Of a stretch of DNA of 64,000 bases, positions 59,999 to 64,000 are shown one piece after another. The notes beneath the pieces are model-generated. The model worked only from the letters and a program-made list of their open reading frames with translations, searched no databases and was not told the DNA's origin. Within the stretch, counting starts at the first letter, position 1. Every line of letters starts with the position of its first letter. Both the position numbers and the translations under genes were made by a program. This stretch comes from Candidatus Multivorans sp. GTDB lineage: Bacteria; Acidobacteriota; Thermoanaerobaculia; Multivoradales; Multivoraceae. The stretch covers positions 2,144,001 through 2,208,000 of the forward strand of contig OZ245033.1 in the NCBI GenBank assembly GCA_965224025.1. The letters run 5' to 3'.

Positions 59999-61168
59999 CT
60001 AGAAGTCCACGTGCAGTAGCAGACCGACGTGTTCGACCGATCCGGCTGGGTCCGGGTCGGTCGTCACGTAGTTCAGGAGCGCCCGCAGGTTGCCGCGCAG
60101 GTACCAGTTGAGGGCCAGGGAGAGACTCTTCTGGCTGCCGCCGAGGACGGCGCCGCCGCTCAGGTCGGTGTGATCCCAGCGCGCGGCGAGTTCCCACGCG
60201 CCCTTGCCTTCGGGCACGGGCGCCCTGGGCTTCAACCGGGTGAAGGTGCGGGAGCTTCGACTGTAGGGCTTCCTCTCGCCGGTCAGGAACCAGCCCGCTT
60301 CGACGTACCGGGCGTCGAACCGGGCGCTCCGGCCGTCCGGGGAACCAACCGGCAGCAGGTCCACCTGGGCCGACAGCGCCTCACCCTGCAGCCACAAGGA
60401 ACCCCGCGCGAGTGCGACTTCGACGCCCAGCAGCCGCATGCCGTCGGCGGGCGCCCTTCCGGTGTCGACCATGCGCGGCGCGAGTGGTACGCCGGCGCGC
60501 CCGCGCAGACGGACCGCGTCCGCGGTGGGCTGGCGGTGCGAGACCCCCGCGCCGAGGTGGAGCAGGAGATCGCTTCCTTCGTCGCCGTCGAGGGCGAGGC
60601 CGGTGAGGCGGCCGGTCAGGCTCCAGTCCGACCCGGGCCGCATGTCGTAGCCGTCGCTGTCGCGGAAGGCGCCGACGGCCCAGGCGACGCGGTCGCCGGG
60701 AAGCCGGTCGTGGATCATGAAGCCGAGGTTGCGCCCCGGCGCCAGGGCGGTGGCCGCGGCCGGACGCGCGATGAACGAGTGGTAGTTGGACGATTGGAGG
60801 ATGGAGAGGCTGAAGGGCTCCTTGAAGTGTCCCGCGCGGAAGGTGGCCGCGCCGCCGTCGGGCGCCGCCTCCATGAAGACGTCAGTGGGCACGATGTCTC
60901 CGCTCGCGATGTCGTGCTCGATCTTGAAGGTGAAGCGGTTGAGGAACTCGCCGTTCAGCACCAGGCGGGCGCGCCGCCAGTCGATGCCGTCCTCGAACTC
61001 GAACCGGTCGGCCAGGGCCGGGTCGGGAGAGGACGTGCTGGCCTCGACATGGAGCCGGCCGCCGACGTTGACCGAGAACCGGTCCTTGGCGTCTTCGTTG
61101 TCCTGAGAGGCCGCGGCCGCGGCGATGGGAATCAACGCAGCAGTCGTCAGAAGACGGAGCACTCGCAC
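59999..61168 (-). CDS. Phosphate-selective porin OprO/OprP family
   Basis: RRARL, GHFKEPFSL, GWFLTGE...Y, GAWELAARW, LNWY, terminal F. Confidence 0.88.
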   Translation of the reverse strand: MRVLRLLTTAALIPIAAAAASQDNEDAKDRFSVNVGGRLHVEASTSSPDPALADRFEFEDGIDWRRARLVLNGEFLNRFTFKIEHDIASGDIVPTDVFMEAAPDGGAATFRAGHFKEPFSLSILQSSNYHSFIARPAAATALAPGRNLGFMIHDRLPGDRVAWAVGAFRDSDGYDMRPGSDWSLTGRLTGLALDGDEGSDLLLHLGAGVSHRQPTADAVRLRGRAGVPLAPRMVDTGRAPADGMRLLGVEVALARGSLWLQGEALSAQVDLLPVGSPDGRSARFDARYVEAGWFLTGERKPYSRSSRTFTRLKPRAPVPEGKGAWELAARWDHTDLSGGAVLGGSQKSLSLALNWYLRGNLRALLNYVTTDPDPAGSVEHVGLLLHVDF

Positions 61169-61322
61169 CTCTCGTCGGATAAGCGTCAGGGTTGGAAGGC
61201 GTCACCGCGAGCAGCCGACCTGTCCGCTCTGTCGGCCAGCGGGGTGCTCTCGTCTCTAGAATCTCTACGGAGATTGACACGCCGGCCGTCCCGATGTCTA
61301 CGTCGGAGCCGGAAGAACCGGC

Positions 61323-61340
61323 TTTATCGCCCGTTCACTA
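61323..61340 (+). promoter_or_regulatory. Candidate Pho box upstream of phoB
   Basis: tttatc and ttcact half-sites 11 bp apart. Confidence 0.35.
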
Positions 61341-61396
61341 AAGGCTGGCTAGCCTTGGGTGCAGGTCAACCGTATTGGGGGGTGCCGGACAATTCC

Positions 61397-62092
61397 ATGA
61401 GCGCCGCGAAGATCGTCGTCATCGAAGACGAGCCCGACATCCTCGAACTGATCGAGTACAACCTTCGGCGAGAGGGCTTCGACGTCGCGACGGCGACGAG
61501 CGGCCGTACGGGTCTTTCCGTGATCGGGCGCGAGAAGCCGGACATCGTGCTGCTGGACCTGTTGCTGCCCGGTCTGGACGGTCTCGATGTGTGCCGTCGC
61601 CTGCGCTCGGTGGAATCGACCCGTGACCTGCCGGTGATCATGGTCACGGCCAGCGGCGAGGAGAGCGATGTCGTCCTCGGTCTCGGCGTCGGCGCCGACG
61701 ACTACATCCACAAGCCCTTCAGTCCCCGGGAACTGGTCGCCCGCGTCCGGGCGGTCTTGCGGCGGGGCCCGATGCGGGACCGCGACCCGGAACGTCTTGT
61801 CGTTCGGGGGCCGCTTCTGATCGACCCGGTCAAGCACCGGATCAAGGTCGAGGGTCGGCGGCTGGAGTTCACGCCCACCCAGTTTCGCCTTCTGCACTTC
61901 CTGGCCTCGCATCCCGGCCGCGTGTTCACCCGCGGCCAACTCCTGGACCGGGCGATCGGGGATCGCGCAGTGGTGATCGACCGCAACATCGACGTCCACG
62001 TCCGGGCGGTGCGCAAGAAGCTCGGGCCGCACCGCGACCTGATCGAGACTGTGCGCGGCATCGGCTACTGCTTCAGCGAGGAAGAGGGGTAG
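61397..62092 (+). CDS. phoB: OmpR-family response regulator, PhoB-like
   Basis: EDEPD, LLDLLLPG, GADDYIHKPFS, RNIDVHV, IETVRGIGY; phosphate gene context. Confidence 0.88.
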   Translation: MSAAKIVVIEDEPDILELIEYNLRREGFDVATATSGRTGLSVIGREKPDIVLLDLLLPGLDGLDVCRRLRSVESTRDLPVIMVTASGEESDVVLGLGVGADDYIHKPFSPRELVARVRAVLRRGPMRDRDPERLVVRGPLLIDPVKHRIKVEGRRLEFTPTQFRLLHFLASHPGRVFTRGQLLDRAIGDRAVVIDRNIDVHVRAVRKKLGPHRDLIETVRGIGYCFSEEEG

Positions 62093-62183
62093 CGCCGCCA
62101 AGGGTGTACGTCGGAGGTGTAGGTTGTGGATACTCGACGCGGCCGGGTCGGCGCCGCCGGGGTCCGACCGCCCGGGAGTTCCC

Positions 62184-63563
62184 ATGATCCGCTCACCTCT
62201 CTTCTGGCGCCTCTTGATGGGCGGGGTGGGCCTGCTGGCTGCGGGCCTCCTGCTTGGCGGCGCGGCGGCCTCGGGTCGACTCGGCCCGGCCGTCTTCTGG
62301 ATCTTGGCGCTGCTGGCCGGCGCCTGTGTCGCTCTCGGCGCCGCCCGGCTGGCGAAGCGGGCGCGGGGTCTGCTGACAAAGGCCGCGGCGCTTGGTGGGC
62401 GCGTGCCGGGGGCCGAGACCGGCCGCGGTGACGAGTTCGCCCGGCTCGAAGCCCATCTGGAGGAGAACGATGCGCGGTTCGTGGAACAGGTCGAACAGCT
62501 CAAGGCGGAGCGCAACCAGTTGACGGCGCTGCTCGGCGGCATGGTGGAAGGGGTGGTGGCGATCGACCTCGACCGGCAGGTGCTGCACCTGAACGCGGTG
62601 GCCGCGAACTGGTTCAGACGCCCGGCGCCGGAGTTGGCGGTCGGACGTCCCATCTACGAATTGTCGCGCCAGCCGGAGATCTCGGGCGCCCTGATCGAGG
62701 CGATGGAGAAGCGGAGGCAGGTGAGTCGCACGTTTACCCTGGCGCGCTTCGCCGGCCAGGACGGTGGCCCGAACAGATTCGAGCTGAACGCGTCGCCCCT
62801 GCTCTCGTCGCGGCGGGACGGCGAACAGGTCGAAGGGGCGGTGGCGGTGATCCACGACATCACGGAGCTGGAGCGGTTGGAGAGCATGCGCCGCGATTTC
62901 GTGTCGAATGTCTCGCACGAGCTGAAGACGCCCCTGACCGCCATTCACGGCTATGTGGAGACCCTGCTGGACGCGGATCCGGTCGACGGCCCGACGCGTG
63001 GCCGCTTCCTGCGCAAGATCCGAAGGCAGAGCAACCGTCTGAGCGCCCTGGTCTCCGACTTGCTCACGCTGTCGCGGATCGAGTCTTCTGTCGAGCCGCC
63101 GGAGAAGATCGTCGATCTGCGCTCGCCGGTGGGCGAGGTGTTGAGTCTGCTCGGACCCTCGAGCGAGGAGAGCGGTCTCGAACTGGTCGCCGAATGCCCC
63201 CAGGCCCCGGTTCAGGTCCTGGGTGAAGAGGAAGCGATCCGGCAGGCGCTGTCCAATCTGGTCGACAACGCGGTCAAGTACTCGTCGGTGGGCGGTCGGG
63301 TGGTGGTGCGTTTACAGGCGGCGAACGGGCGGGCGGTTCTCGAGGTCGAAGATCAAGGGCCGGGCATCGCGACGGAACACCTGGACCGAATCTTCGAGCG
63401 CTTCTACCGTGTCGACCGCGCCCGCTCCAGGGAGCTCGGCGGCACCGGTCTGGGCCTGGCGATCGTCAAGAACGTCGCCCGGCGACACGGCGGAGGAGTG
63501 GAGGTGGAAAGCGAACGGGGCCGGGGCTCGACGTTCCGCTTCTGGTTGCCCACGGCGGGCTGA
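62184..63563 (+). CDS. phoR: Sensor histidine kinase, PhoR-like
   Basis: Two TMs, PAS, RRDFVSNVSHELKTPLT, NAVKY, FYRVDRARSRELGGTGLGLAIVK. Confidence 0.9.
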   Translation: MIRSPLFWRLLMGGVGLLAAGLLLGGAAASGRLGPAVFWILALLAGACVALGAARLAKRARGLLTKAAALGGRVPGAETGRGDEFARLEAHLEENDARFVEQVEQLKAERNQLTALLGGMVEGVVAIDLDRQVLHLNAVAANWFRRPAPELAVGRPIYELSRQPEISGALIEAMEKRRQVSRTFTLARFAGQDGGPNRFELNASPLLSSRRDGEQVEGAVAVIHDITELERLESMRRDFVSNVSHELKTPLTAIHGYVETLLDADPVDGPTRGRFLRKIRRQSNRLSALVSDLLTLSRIESSVEPPEKIVDLRSPVGEVLSLLGPSSEESGLELVAECPQAPVQVLGEEEAIRQALSNLVDNAVKYSSVGGRVVVRLQAANGRAVLEVEDQGPGIATEHLDRIFERFYRVDRARSRELGGTGLGLAIVKNVARRHGGGVEVESERGRGSTFRFWLPTAG

Positions 63564-63570
63564 GGAGTGC

Positions 63571-63588
63571 TTCACGCGCTCTTCACAC
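63571..63588 (+). promoter_or_regulatory. Candidate Pho box upstream of phoU
   Basis: ttcacg and ttcaca half-sites 11 bp apart. Confidence 0.5.
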
Positions 63589-63640
63589 GGCTGCGCGACA
63601 TTCGCTACGGCTTTGATTTGGGGCCGCTAGGATTCATGGC

Positions 63641-64000
63641 TTGAGGATTCATCTACAGCGCGATCTCGACGAGGTGACGCGGTCGCTCCTGGAAGTGGCG
63701 GCGATGGTCGAGGACATGATCGCCAAGTCGCTGCGAGCGCTCCGGGAGCGGAGCGTCGACCTGGCGCACGAGGTCCAGCGCCAGGACCGCGTCATCGACG
63801 CCCGCGAGATCGAGGTCGAAGAGGAGTGCCTCAAGATCCTGGCCCTGCACTCGCCGGTGGCGTTGGACCTGAGAACGGTCGTGACCTACCTCAAGGTGAA
63901 CAACGATCTCGAACGGGCCGGCGATCTGGCTCGGAATCTCGCTGAGCGCGCCGAGAGTCTCGCGGTGGCCGAGCCGGTCGAAGTCCCGGAAGAGATCTGG
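63641..64000 (+). CDS. phoU: Phosphate signalling protein PhoU (runs off the window end)
   Basis: LRIHLQRDL...IDAREIEVEEECLKILALHSPVALDLR...NNDLERAGDLARN. Confidence 0.9.
   Translation, partial: MRIHLQRDLDEVTRSLLEVAAMVEDMIAKSLRALRERSVDLAHEVQRQDRVIDAREIEVEEECLKILALHSPVALDLRTVVTYLKVNNDLERAGDLARNLAERAESLAVAEPVEVPEEIW

Overview
High-GC bacterial chromosome segment. The gene content (WFFxxxNWExLxKVLDGC surface repeats, DUF6152 and its partner family, Uma2-like protein, FN3/PKD surface protease) suggests Acidobacteriota, possibly host-associated; this is inference. In order: a frameshifted kexin-like S8 protease with a 60-Pro linker and a probable trans-acting chaperone; an IS256 relic; a Dph6-like PP-loop ATPase fused to an AraC domain; a ZnuD-like TonB-dependent receptor behind a CxxC/RGPP (DUF2946-like) leader ORF; catabolic enzymes; a two-ORF locus with a structured leader; a broken McrBC system; two TA modules with damaged toxins; secreted hydrolases; a LolA-like/ABC/outer-membrane export cassette; pstSCAB-B; two non-canonical P450s facing an Lcp/MpaB-type oxygenase; and oprO-phoBR-phoU. 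Many genes survive only as deletion scars. Best candidates for new biology: the Thr-less P450 cluster, the ATPase-AraC fusion, the RGPP leader, the complementary-degenerate PstB pair, the structured 13.1-13.8 kb leader, and a small covarying double-hairpin element found inside a REP. All family calls come from motif recognition by eye; no searches were run.
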